Source: Mobula hypostoma (Eukaryota). From it: a DNA stretch of 64,000 nt. Positions 50,687-62,400 of the stretch are shown in pieces. The DNA is taken from NCBI RefSeq assembly GCF_963921235.1, contig NC_086097.1:204974001-205038000 (forward strand). The letters run 5' to 3'. The stretch's first letter is position 1. Every line of letters starts with the position of its first letter. Below the pieces are notes generated by a model that was given only the letters and a program-made list of their open reading frames with translations, searched no databases and was not told the origin of the DNA. Made by a program: the position numbers and the translations under genes.

Positions 50687-50809
50687 CGCTGCAATGCTAT
50701 CACATATTTTCTAGCACTAGGGGTGTATACCTTGCCAAAAATCACTATAAGAATTATTCCCCCCAGATGGTACCGGTGGCCCAAATTTGGGGTCCTGGCT
50801 CATGGACTA
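50680..50809. repeat. Academ right TIR (5' end of the element)
   Basis: Reverse complement of 43908-44034; ends ...catggacta|aga. Confidence 0.92.
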
Positions 50810-50954
50810 AGAACGGTTTTGTGTTTCTTTTTCTACTGATGCTGCATAACTGGTTTGAGTTAACCCAATTTCAAATCAGATTGATATTTTTGCGCAGACA
50901 TGAGACAGATATTAGTAAACTCACCCATCTTTTTCTCAACATAGAAATAAAGTC

Positions 50955-51240
50955 AATTGCTCAATACAAGAGGACATGGATTTAAGGTAAGGGGTGGGAA
51001 GTTCAAGTGGGATATTAGAGGAAGTTTTTTTACTCAGAGAGTGGTTGGTGCATGGAATGCACTGCCTGAGTCAGTGGTGGAGGCAGATACACTCGTGAAG
51101 TTTAAGAGACTACTAGACAGACATATGGAGGAATTTAAGGTGGGGGTTTATATGGGAGGCAGGGTTTGAGGGTCAGCACAACATTGTGGGTTGAAGGGCC
51201 TGTACTGTGCTGCACTATTCTATGTTCTATGTTCTATGTT
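50955..51240 (+). mobile_element. CR1 3' fragment
   Basis: TRGHGFKVRGGKFK...FFTQRVVGAWNALP and a (gttctat)n tail. Confidence 0.9.
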
Positions 51241-51805
51241 TTATGGCATGATTATACTTGAATTCCAGTATTCACATAAGGCACATGGATCTTAATGATA
51301 AGAAAAATGTCTTGGAACTCCCAATTGTTGCCCACAAGTGCACTCCTATAATGACAACGTATTTATATATGTTTACATTAAATTTCCAAGAAATAAAATT
51401 TGAAGATAATACATATCCATAAAAAAAGGGAAAATGATACAATTAGAGTGATATTTTTTACAATGAAAAAATGGCATTTATTATGCAGATCCATAATTTA
51501 GCCCTTTCCTTTCAGATTTCCAGCATTTAAAAACATTTTTGTTTTAAAATACCATAAAATACCTCAGGAATCTTTAATTAATTCACTCAATTATTTTTGT
51601 TTCCTTATGAATATGATTAAGCTCTGGTTGCATACCATTGTTTAATCAACCAATGTTATCATTTACTAGAAATACTCTTGTGCTTATCATTTTTGACTAT
51701 TGTACCAGTGAAGAGTGAGGAGACTCCCAAGGGAATAAAAAAGATAAATTTTCATTTGTGTGAGAGTATAAAACAGGTGACAGTAAATCTATAAATCATT
51801 TTATA

Positions 51806-53522
51806 CACTCAGTGGCTACTTCATTATGTACACCTGCTTACTAAAGCAAATATCTAATCAACCAATCACGTGGTAGCAGCTCAATGCATAAATGCATATA
51901 GACATGATCCAGAGTTTCAGTTTTTGTTCAGCCTAAATATCAGAATGGGGAAAAAAATGTGAGGTTGACCTTGGAATGATTGTCGGTGACAGATGGAGTG
52001 GTTTAATATTTTAGAATCTGCTGATCTCCTGTGACTTTTTTTCACACATAGTCTCAAGAGTAGTGTTTCCCAACCTTTTAGCCCAATGCCCCTCTAAAGC
52101 ACCTTTATACTTGTTAATGCCTCTCTTAGGCACAATATACTTTCCGGCAGACCATTAGAGTAAAAACATGTCTAGCATATGCTAACATGAGAAAAATTAT
52201 TCTGTTTTAAACTTTTATTTGTCTTTAAACCTAGCTTAGACAGTACCTGTGCACTGCACGACTGCTTCAATATCAATGTGATCCTTGAGCTTAATGGTTT
52301 TCAGCAGGAGCTTAAATATCTGGTTCAAGTTATGACAGCAATAGCCTTAAGTCGCCATGCATAACAATGTCCAAGAGATTTCTGTTTTGTGAGTACATCT
52401 TTCACTGCACTGAAGCCTTTTTCAACAAGGTAGGAGGATGAAAATCCAATGAAGAGCAGTTTGGCTCTTCTCCAAAGACCAGGAATCTTCATATGACTGT
52501 GTAGCCACACACTACAAAAGCCAACATTTTTAAAAAGCATGTTTTCTTCTTTATCATTCTGAATTTTGATCATTTCTTCTTGCAAGCTCTCTTCCTGTTC
52601 TTCCATCTTGCAAAGAAATGGGTTGATTACCCAATGTGGAATTTCCAGATTGTTCAAATCCTTGAATCGATTCTAAAAATCCTTCTTCAGTGACAGCAGG
52701 TGCAAGCAATACTCTTGCAAATCACTGCCTGTGAAAGAGAATACATACCTTCCATGCAAGGAAACTATGAGAACATTCTTCTTCCAATGTTTTGCTCTTA
52801 TATTTCCAATTTTCTGATAAAACTGGACACTGCACTTTTATCTTGGACTAAATTGAAATTCTCACCCTGCAATTTCATATTTATATTGTTCATTTTGTCA
52901 TACAGATCAGCTAGTTATCCCACATCTCCATGTAAAAGTTCGATCGTGTAACCCAAGTTCTTGTCGAATCCGAACAAAAAAATCAAACACAGTGTCAAAA
53001 AGATCAAAGAAATGTTTTAAGCAGCTGCCTTTTGACAGCCAATACACTTCAGTGTGAGGAAGCAAGCATTCAAACTCTTCATCATTATCTTAGTATAACT
53101 GGTGAAATATTCTGCTATTTAATAGATGAGGTTTAATTTTGTGGATGGCAGATATTATAAGAATCATGCTTGAAAAAAGTCACTGGCTGAGGTCTTTCCA
53201 CACACAGTCTCTGGAGTTTACAGAGAATGGTGTAATACTAAAAAACATCTGCTGAGCGGTAGTTCTACAGGTTGCTAATGAGAGAGGTCAGAGGAGAATG
53301 GCCAAACTGGTTCACGATGACAGGAAGTCAACAGTAACTCAAATAACCATGCGTTACAACATTGGTGTGCAAAAGAGCATCTTTCAACTCACAACACATC
53401 AAACTGTGAAGTGAATGGGCAATAGGAACAGAAGACCACAAACAAACACTCAGTGCACAGGGTACTCAGGGCACCCTCAGTGTCCTTCGCCCAGGATACC
53501 TAATAAAAGTGGCTATTGAGTG
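51806..53522 (+). mobile_element. Non-autonomous Tc1/mariner element with a nested hAT fragment
   Basis: TA|cactcagtggctacttcatta...taataaaagtggctattgagtg|TA TIRs; degenerate N-terminal transposase sequence (MGKK...GMIVG.R...ADLL...VS.VYREW). Confidence 0.82.
52061..53198 (-). mobile_element. hAT (Buster/Charlie; ZBED8/SCAND3-like) transposase 3' fragment
   Basis: One TIR, tagtgtttcccaacct, at 52061. Peptides LLPHTEVYWLSKG (~53025-53068), LEIPHWVINPF and LLFIGFSSSYLVEKGFSAV. Confidence 0.85.
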
Positions 53523-53686
53523 TACCTCATCCCTCCATTGTTTCCTTTTGATGTCAATAATATTAAAGAATGAAAATGGAAAAGTATAATTTCCAATTAA
53601 TCATTTTATTCTGAATCTATCCCATAGACATACTTTTCGAGCAGATATTAAAAGCAATGTTGCTTTCTAATTGTATTTTCAGATAC

Positions 53687-54228
53687 TCATAGAGTACTAC
53701 AGCACAGAAACAGGGACCATAGGCTCCATACTTCCCCCATTCATGTACCTGTCCAACTTTCCTTTAAATGTTTAAATCAAACTTGCATCCACCACTTCCA
53801 CTGGCAGCTCATTCCACAGTCTCTCCACCCTTTAAGTGAAGCAGTTTTCCCCCTTCATGTTCCCTTTAAACACACATTGGGCACGTAGCCAAGTGTTTAA
53901 GGCGTTTGTCTAGTTATCTCAAGGTCACTAGTTCGAGCCTCAGCTGTGGCAGCATGTTTGTGCCCTTGAGCAAGGCACTTAATCACACATTGCTCTAGTC
54001 TGTGCGAGGAGTGGCGCCCCACACAGACTTCCAATCTATGCCTTGTAAGGCATGAAAGTGTCCGACACAGGCCTCTCATGGTCTGAGTCGGCGTTCCCCC
54101 CGTTCCCTTTAAAAATTCTATCTTTCTCCCTTAACCCGTGAGCTCTAGTTCTAATCTCACCCAATCTCAGTGCTAAAAGTCTGCTTACATTTCCCTATGT
54201 GTCTCTGCCCTTCATAATTTTGTTAACT
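53687..54228 (-). mobile_element. CR1 3' fragment hosting a SINE; further pieces at 54809-54891 and 57172-57260
   Basis: catagagtactacagcacagaaacagg tail/UTR and ggcagctcattccac (WNELP on the minus strand). Confidence 0.75.
53871..54101 (+). mobile_element. tRNA-derived SINE with CORE-like central domain
   Basis: A-box-like tagccaagtg, B-box-like agttcgagcc, CORE-like gtgcccttgagcaaggcacttaatc, and a 12-bp TSD gttccctttaaa (53859-53870, 54102-54113). Confidence 0.82.
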
Positions 54229-54229
54229 T

Positions 54230-54808
54230 TGCAGAAGGCGTACAATGCAATACATGAAAAATATAAACAAACTGAATCTTTTTAAATATTTAAGTTAAAA
54301 TCAGTAGTGCAAAAAAAATTTTATTTTAAAGTTGTGGGGTAATGTTCATGGGTTCAATGTCTACTTAGAAATCAGATGGCAGAGGGAAAGAAGCTGTTCC
54401 TGAATTGCTGATTTTTTTTTCCTTCAGCCTTCTGCACCTCCTCCCTGATGGTAACAATGAGAAGAGGGCATGTCCTGGCTGGTGAGGGGTCCTTAATGAT
54501 GGACGCCACCTTCCTAATTTTACTAATTTCTGCCACTTAATTCTATCTTGTGCAGTTGCACTTTTCCCCATACCAGACAGTGATGCATCCAGTCAGAATG
54601 CTCTCCACGGTACATCTGCAGAAATTGTTATGTGTTTTAGGTGACAAGCCAAATCTCCTCAAACCGCTGTCTTGCCGCCGTTATAGCTGCATCGATATGT
54701 TGCACCCAGGTTAGATCCTCAGAGATATTGACACCCAGAAACTTGAAATTGCTCACTCTTCACTTCTGAGCCCCCTGAGGATTGGTTTGTGTTCTCTCGT
54801 CTTACCTT
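54230..54808 (-). mobile_element. Rex1/Babar-type LINE fragments
   Basis: PHQPGHALFSLLPSGRR peptide; reverse-complement motifs VESILTGCITVWYG and FKFLGVNISEDLTW at 54565-54750. Confidence 0.8.
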
Positions 54809-54891
54809 CATTCTCCTATGCTCTAGAAAATAAAATCCTAACCTATTTAACCTTTCCCTATAACTCAGGTCCTCAAGTCCTAGAAACATCC

Positions 54892-57166
54892 ATAGAAATT
54901 ATAGAAAAACTACAGCACAGAAACAGGCCTTTTGGTCCTTCTTGGCTGTGCTGAACCATTTTCTGTCTAGTCCCACTGACCTGCACACAGACCATATCCC
55001 TCCATACACCTCCCATCCATGTATCTGTCCAATTTATTCTTAAATGTTAAAAAAGAACCCACACTTACCACCTCATCTGATAGCACATTCCACACTCCGA
55101 CCACTCTCTGTGTGAAGAAGCCCCCCCCCAATGTTCCCTTTAAACTTTTCCCCCTTCACCCTTAACCCATGTCCTCTGGTTTTTTTCTCCTCTTGCCTCA
55201 GTGGAAAAAGCCTGCTTGCATTTGCTCTATCTCTACCCATCATAATTTTATATATCAAATCCCCCTTCATTCTTCTATGCTCTAGGGAATAAAGTCCTAA
55301 CCTATGCAACCTTTCTCTGTAACTGAGTTTCTCAAGTCCCGGCAACATCCTCATAAACCTTCTCTGCACTCTTTCACCCTTATTAATATCCTTCCTGTAA
55401 TTTGGTGACCAAAACTGAACACAATACTCCAGATTCGGCCTCACCAATGCCTTATACAACCTCATCATAACATTCTAGCTCTTATACTCAATACTTTGAT
55501 TAATAAAGGCCAATGTACCAAAAGCTCTCTTTACAACCCTATCTACCTGTGACGCCACTTTTACGGAATTTTGTATCTGTATTCCCAGATCCCTCTGTTC
55601 TACTGCACTCCTCAGTGCCTTACCATTAACCCTGTATGTTCTACGTTGGTTTGTCCTTCCAAAGTGCAATAACCTCACACGTCTGTATTAAACTCCATCT
55701 GCCATTTTTCAGCCCATTTTTCCAGCTGGTCCAAATCCCTCTGCAAGCTTTGAAAACCTTCCTCACTGTCTACTACACCTCCAATCTTTGTATCATCAGC
55801 AAGTTTGCTGATCCAATTTACCACATTATCATCCAGATCATTGATATAGATGACAAATAACAATGGACCCAGCACTGATCCCTGTGGCACACCACTAGTC
55901 ACAGGCCTCCACTCAGAGAAACAATCCTCTACTACCACTCTTTGGCTTCTTCCAATGAGCCAATGTCCAATCCAATTTACCACCTCTCCATGTATACCTA
56001 GCGACTAAATTTTCCTAACTAACCTCCCATGCGGGACCTTGTCAAAGGCCTTACTGAAGTCCATGTAGACAACATCCACTGCCTTCCCTTCATCCACTTT
56101 CCTGGTAACCTCCTCGAAAAACTCCAATAGATTGGTCAAACATGACCTACCACGCACAAAGCCATGTTGACTCTCCCTAATAAGTCCCTGTCTATCCAAA
56201 TGCTTGTAGATTCTGTCCCTTAGTATTCCCTCCAATAACTTACCCACTACCAGCATCAAATTTACTGGCCTATAAATTCCCGGATTACTTTTCGATCCTT
56301 TTTTAAACAATAGAACATGAGCCATTCTCCAATCCTCCGGCACCTCACCTGTAGACAGTGACATTTTAAATATTTCTGCCAGGGCCCCTGCAATTTCAAC
56401 ACCAGTTTCCTTCAAGGTCCAAGGGAATACCCTGTCAGGTCCTGGGGATTTATCCATTTTAATTTGCCTAAAGATAGCAAGCTGTACAGTTTCTATGATC
56501 TCACTACCTGTTTCCCTTAATTCCATAGACTTCATGCCAGTTTCCTTAGTAAATACAGACGCAAAAAACCCATTTAAGACCTCCCTCATTTCTTTTGGTT
56601 CCGCACATAGCTGACCACTCTGCTCTTCAAGAGGACCAATTTTATCCCTTACAATCATTTTACTCTTAATATACCTGTAAAAGCTCTTTGGATTATATTT
56701 CACTTTGACTGCCAAGGCAACTTCATGTCTTCTTTTAGACCTCCTGATTTCCTCCTTAAGTATTTTCTTGCACTTTTTATATTCCTCAAGCACCTTATTT
56801 ACTCCCTGTTTCCTATGCATGTCATACAACTCTCTCTTCTTCTTTATCAGAGTTGCAATATCCCTTGAGAACCAAGGTTCCTTATTCCTATTCACTTTGC
56901 CTTTAATCCTGACAGGAACATGCAAGCTCTGTACTCTCAAAATTTTTCCTTTGAAGGCTTCCCACTTACCGATCACATCTTTGCCAGAGAACAACCTGTC
57001 CCAATCCATGCTTTTTAGATCTTTTCTCATTTCTTCAGATTTGGCCTTCTTCCAGTTTAGAACTTCAACCCTAGGACCAGATCTATCTTTATCCATGATC
57101 AAGTTGAAACTAATGGTGTTATGATCACTGGAACCAAAGTGTTCCCCTACACACACTTCTGTCACT
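54892..57166 (-). mobile_element. Young CR1, 2.3 kb, same family as 1-831 and 46776-49483
   Basis: ORFs 56005..57165, 55675..55983, 55475..55678 and 55073..55468 tile EN C-terminus, linker and RT with a few stops and frameshifts. Confidence 0.95.
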
Positions 57167-57411
57167 AATTAATCCTTGTTAATTTTCTCTGTACTCTTTC
57201 AATCTTATTGATACCTTTCCTGTAGGTAGGTGACTGGAATTGGACACAATACTCCAAACTAGATATAACCATATAACATATAAAATATAGATATTCTACA
57301 TTTTTCATTTTCTATAAAATGCGTTGGCAAAGCTCTTTAGTCACAATGCAGTCAATATGCACAAATCCCTTAATATGCTGAAATTTACTTAGATACTGCA
57401 AGCAAGGTTTT

Positions 57412-57860
57412 CATAGAGTCAGAGTATGGAATAGCGTAGAAATAAGCCCTTTGACCCAATTTGTCCACACAAACTAAGTGCTCTACTTAAGCTAACCCCG
57501 GTTGCCTGCATTTGAACATTATTGGCCTTTCCTATCTATGTACCTGTTTTAAAATGTTGTAATTATACCCACCTTCATGCTTTCTCTGGCAGCTTATTCC
57601 ATCTGGCCAATGCCCTGTGTGCAAAATTCTTGCCACTCAGATCCCTTTAATATCTTCTCCCTCTCACCTTCAATTTAGGCTCTCTAATTTTAGGCTTCCT
57701 TGTTTTGACAAAAAGACTATGAACTTTTCCGTGCCCCTTTATAATAACCCACAGCTTGTGCTTCCGAGAATGACATCCCAGCCTATCACATGCTCCCATC
57801 CTACACTAGTCTTTTGAATGTTTTCTGTACCTTTGCACCCCAATGACAAGCTTTCTATAA
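57412..57860 (-). mobile_element. Old CR1 3' fragment
   Basis: catagagtcagagtatggaatagcgtagaaataagccc UTR-like sequence and tggcagcttattcc. Confidence 0.55.
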
Positions 57861-58759
57861 GAGTTCACAACTACATCTTGTTGAAGCTCCCCCTCCCCCA
57901 AAAAATGTCTCTGTCTCAGGCAATGAATTTGAGTGTCAGATTTCTGTCTGTTATGGTTGACTTAACCTTCACTATTGGGTGAATCCATTAACACTCCAGA
58001 GTTAATAAAAAAAATCTCCCAAATTGAAGTCTGCCTCTTTCTGATTTTAAAGGTTTCCTCCAGACACATTGCTAAAAGGGAATCTGTAGGTAATTATCCC
58101 CTTGCATTTTTTGATTTCATTATTGGAGATTCAGTGTCACTCCACTCTGCCACTTTGATATGACCAACACCTTCATTAATCCGGTCTAACACTATTTAAC
58201 CTTTATTGGGATCTTTCTCTCTCGTACATCGACCAAACCCCCAGGCTTTGAGGGAGTGTGGGCCGGTAGAGGTTAGGGTTAGAGATAGCGGTAGGGATAG
58301 GGCATGTAACTAAGGGGCTACAGTTAGAGGTAAGGTTATGGGATGGAGAGAGATGGAGTCCTGGTGGTGTGGGGGGTGGGGCCTGGCAGGGAGGGAGAAG
58401 GGACCCTGGCTGGGAGAGGGTGGAGTGGCCTGTTTGGGAAGCGATTGTTCTGGAGCAACATTTTGTTGTGCATCTACTTATGGGATAGGGTTCAGTGCCC
58501 CTTGTGTTGGTCTGCCTTGGTGGGGATCTGTAATGGGGAATGTATTGGGCTGTATGTGAGAATACCTCCCTGCTCTGTGTAGTTATCAGTGATTCCTTTT
58601 GTGCTTGTGTGATGGGAGTCCCTAGTCTGGCGTAAATTAACAGGGAAGGTACTGTCCTGTTCTCTGTGCTCTAATTTTCTGGTTTAAGATGGCGCTGGTG
58701 AAGCGCAGTGACTGTGTGTCAGCAGCAAACAAAGCAAACAAAATTACTAATGACTTTAT

Positions 58760-59297
58760 TAGAACATAGAACATAGAAATCTACAGCACATTACAGGCCC
58801 TTCAGCCCAAAATGTTGTGCTGGTCATGTAATCGACTCTAGAAAATGCCTAGAATTTCCCTACAGCATAGCCCTCTTCTTTTCTAAGCCCCATATACATA
58901 TCTAAGAGTATCTTAAAAGATCCCATTGTATCCAGCTCTACCACCGTCACCGGCAGTGCATTCCACACACCCATCACTCTTTGTGTGAAAAATTTACCTC
59001 TGGAATCCCTTCTATACCTACTTTCAAGCACCTTAAAACTACACCCGCTTGTGTTAGCTATTTCAACCCTGGGGAAAGCCTTTGACTGTCCACACAATCA
59101 TTGCCTCTCATCATCTTATACACCTCTATCAGGGCACCTTTTATCCTCCATCACTCCAAGGAAAAAAAGGCCAAGTTCTCTCAATCTATTCTCATAAGGC
59201 ACACTCCCCAATCTGGGCGACATCCTTGTAAATCTCCACTGCATTCTCTATAGTATCCACATCCTTCCTGTAGTGAGGCGACCGGAACCGAACACAC
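58760..59297 (-). mobile_element. CR1 3' fragment
   Basis: (agaacat)n tail; ORF 58849..59097 contains FFTQRVMGVWNALP. Confidence 0.87.
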
Positions 59298-59313
59298 TTA
59301 TCATACTCCTTCT

Positions 59314-59655
59314 CAGACATCCCACCCTGCAAAAACTCATTTCAGGGAGGTAGCACCATCAATTTGCGGGAGACTTCCGGGAGAGGTGGGATGTCTGCAA
59401 TAGAATAGCTCCTTAGCAGCTGGCCAGCTAGTTTAAATAACGTTAGATATGCTAATGAATGAATAACACCTGTTAAACTCACCTCAACATGTCTTTTACA
59501 ATCTTAACCCACCATGGGCAATAGAAAAGTCACTGTTGCAAACAGTGCAGTGAGCAACACTGTCATTATTTTTGACCCCTATTAGGCAGGGTTACACTTT
59601 AGTGTAGTCTGGGGTGACGTACGTTTTATGTACTTTTTTGGAACACTCTGCCATG

Positions 59656-59693
<38 letters not shown>

Positions 59694-59901
59694 GGTTGCT
59701 CGCGCACTCTCAAGCACTCTCACTTGCTTTCTCTCTCGCTCGCATGCTCTCTCTCGTCACTCTCGCGCTCTCTCTTGCTTTTCTCTTGCTCGTTCTCAAA
59801 AGAATTCATTTCCGTGATATTGTATATAATTTGCGGGCATCAGGGAGCCACTATTAATAAGTGGGAGACTCCCGGAAGTTCCAGGAGAGGTGGGATGTCT
59901 G
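59314..59901. mobile_element. Non-autonomous DNA transposon with 13-bp TIRs and a 6-bp TSD (possibly hAT6-like)
   Basis: cagacatcccacc / ggtgggatgtctg TIRs; ccttct at 59308-59313 and 59902-59907. Confidence 0.8.
59659..59690. repeat. (CT)16 microsatellite followed by a degenerate CT/CG-rich tract to ~59795
   Basis: Seen directly in the sequence. Confidence 0.95.
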
Positions 59902-61759
59902 CCTTCTGGTAAATTATCACTACGATCAATAGCTTGCAACTTCCCTTTCAGACTAGGACTTTTAATTCTTATCTATGACCTGGCCTTCTTGTTGTGTGAA
60001 CTGAAGTCTAGAAGGTGCAGGACTGTTGTAAAGTGGCGTGTATAGGCCAAATTGAGGCTGCGGGGCCTGGACCTTAGAGCAGGGATGAGTCAATGTTTGG
60101 CGATTGCTGGAGTGAACTTGGAGGAGATTCAATGCTGTCGAGTGGGGGCAAGGCCCAGATCCAATTGAGCACTGGGCCAAATGACAGCAGGACCCAGCTC
60201 TGAGAGCATAGTGAAGCAGCAGGGTCTGCATCCAAGAGTGAGGAATTAGCGCTAGGTGAGACTGAACTAGTCAGAATGTTAGGGCTGTGCAAGGGATGGG
60301 CCTATTCAATTCACTGCTCAGTGAGGCTTACTCGGCTCAGCACTGAACTGGGACTGTGGCCTGCAACTAATGGGCTATTAGATCAGTGACTGTGATGACT
60401 GGCTTCATGGGTGTGGTCTCATTTTAGTGAACTTCAGCTCTTTGCTTGCTTTTGTTGCACAATTTGTTTGTTTTTTACACACATTGAGTGTTTGATGGTC
60501 TCCTTTTTAATGGATTCTGTTGGGTTTCTTTGTTTTGTGGCTGCCTGTAAAGAGATGAATCTCAAGATTGTATATAGTGTACTTTACTTTGAACTTTGAG
60601 AATACCACCTGAGCAAACAGAGGAGGTCACATCTTGGTGATTTTATATGTGCCATGACTAGATTTGCACTGTTGATGATTGCCCTCCAGAAAACTTCGTT
60701 TGCACTTGATAAGAGATTTATTATTACTGAAAAGGCAGGCAAAATAAATATAACACATCAAAAAACTGGCAAAAAATGAAAGGGAAGGTGTGCAGAAAAC
60801 TAATTCTCAGCTCCCAAGATCACAATCCCAAGATTGGAAATTACCTAAAATTCAATTTTGAAGGTTAGAAACATACACCTGACTCCTTTAGTGTGGAATA
60901 ATCAGTTAGAAAGTCCCGTGGCCATGAGAAAAGAAGTAAGAACTGAAAGATTATCAAGAATAAAAGCAATAATCATGTCAAAATGGATAGATGAAGTTCA
61001 CAACAATCCTAAGGCCTGCCCCAAGGAAGTAATAAACTGTTAATAGAAATATGAAAAAAGATAACTTATTGCAGGACCTCACAAAACATGAATAATGTTC
61101 TATTACATAAAATAAGCTGCAAAATTATCTGGACTCTAATACAAATCACTATTGAAATATTAGGAAGTGTTAGATAATCAGCAGTATTATCAAATGATCT
61201 AAAGACATTCACAAAATGCAATTCCAACAATATTAAACTGCAATTTTGTATAACGTTAGTTAGACTATATTATAATGTGATGTAACCTATTAATGAAAAA
61301 TGTATGTTGGAACTAATTCTGGCAGAAGTAGGTTAAATATTACTGATGTTTGCATAATGTCAACATATCAAAATTGTTCATATGAGTGAACCACTGCCAC
61401 ATATCCAATCTCCCAAAATGAGCTCAGGTTAGAATTAAACAACTTCCATACCACAGGCACACCAACCAATCTCAGTTTATCCCAGCAACAGTTATCAGGG
61501 AAATACAACTTGTATTTATCGAGAACTTTAAATATGACAGTGTTCCAAGGTACTTCAGAGCACTATATTCAAACAAAGTCTGATGCTGAACCAGATAAAA
61601 AGATGTTGGCTCAGCTGTCAAAATATTTAGATGGATTGATGGACTACTTTATCAAGAAGTTAAATTGCATAATTGGACTGCTTGAGAAGTTTGATACCTA
61701 GATGTTGATAGTGCTGAGATTTATCAGCCAGTTCTTGATTTGTGCCTTATAGGTGGTGC

Positions 61760-62400
61760 GAAGACCTTCTACACCAGTCATTACGTGGCAAATAACTCAA
61801 TGCAGGATACTTAGGCTCTTTACAGCTCCAGTAGCAATGGTGCATATGTGGATGATGTAGCTGACTTCCTGATCAGTCGTGACACCCACAACAGTGGCGG
61901 AGAGGGAGTCAACAATGATAAAGCTTCTGAATGTTAAGGTTTAGGTTCTCTCTTGTTCGAGATGGTCACTGCCTGGCAATTTTCTATCAAGAATCTTATT
62001 TGCCACTTATCAAACCATGTCTGAATTTTGTCTGGGTTGTGCTTCATGCAGCTTTATTTACTGGTAAGCTAAAAATGAAATTGAGAAAAGTGCAGTTATC
62101 AGCAAACAGTCACACTTCTAACTTTATGATGGAAAGAAAGTCTTTGATGAAGCAGATAAAAGTGGTTGAGCCTCAGGCACTGCCTTGAGGATTTCCTACA
62201 GTGATGTTCCAAGGCTGAAGTGCTTGACCTCTGATAACCACATCTTCCCTTGTGGGAAATCACTCAAACCACTGGAGAACTTTGATACCTTTGATGCACT
62301 TAACCACAATTTTACAAGGGTTTCTTGATGTCGAGACCAGTTATTCCCACCATTCCCCTGGAATCCTGCTCATTGGTCCATATATTGACCGTGCACTAAT
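61760..62400 (-). mobile_element. Ancient LINE RT remnant
   Basis: The reverse complement gives an LFADNC (FADD-like) motif at ~62090-62110 and a degenerate PQGS.LG motif (cctcaggcactgccttgagg region). Confidence 0.45.

Larger units (their letters stand above)
43908..50809 (-). mobile_element. AcademX-type DNA transposon, internally deleted (~2.8 kb once nested inserts are removed)
   Basis: ~130-bp imperfect TIRs with TAG...CTA ends and a 3-bp TSD AGA (43905-43907, 50810-50812). The coding remnant has transposase C-terminal motifs, XPG/PIN motifs and a Cys8 finger, the domain order described for AcademX. Confidence 0.88.
58686..60598 (+). mobile_element. Non-autonomous retroposon (aagatggcg start, (ctttgaa)n tail) hosting a CR1 and a DNA transposon
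   Basis: 5' aagatggcgc like the element at 14598-15318; 3' end ...gaatctcaagattgtatatagtgtactttactttgaactttga. Confidence 0.5.

Noticed and set aside
53878..53950. tRNA gene
   Set aside because: It is the tRNA-derived head of a SINE, with degenerate boxes, a CORE-like body and a TSD.
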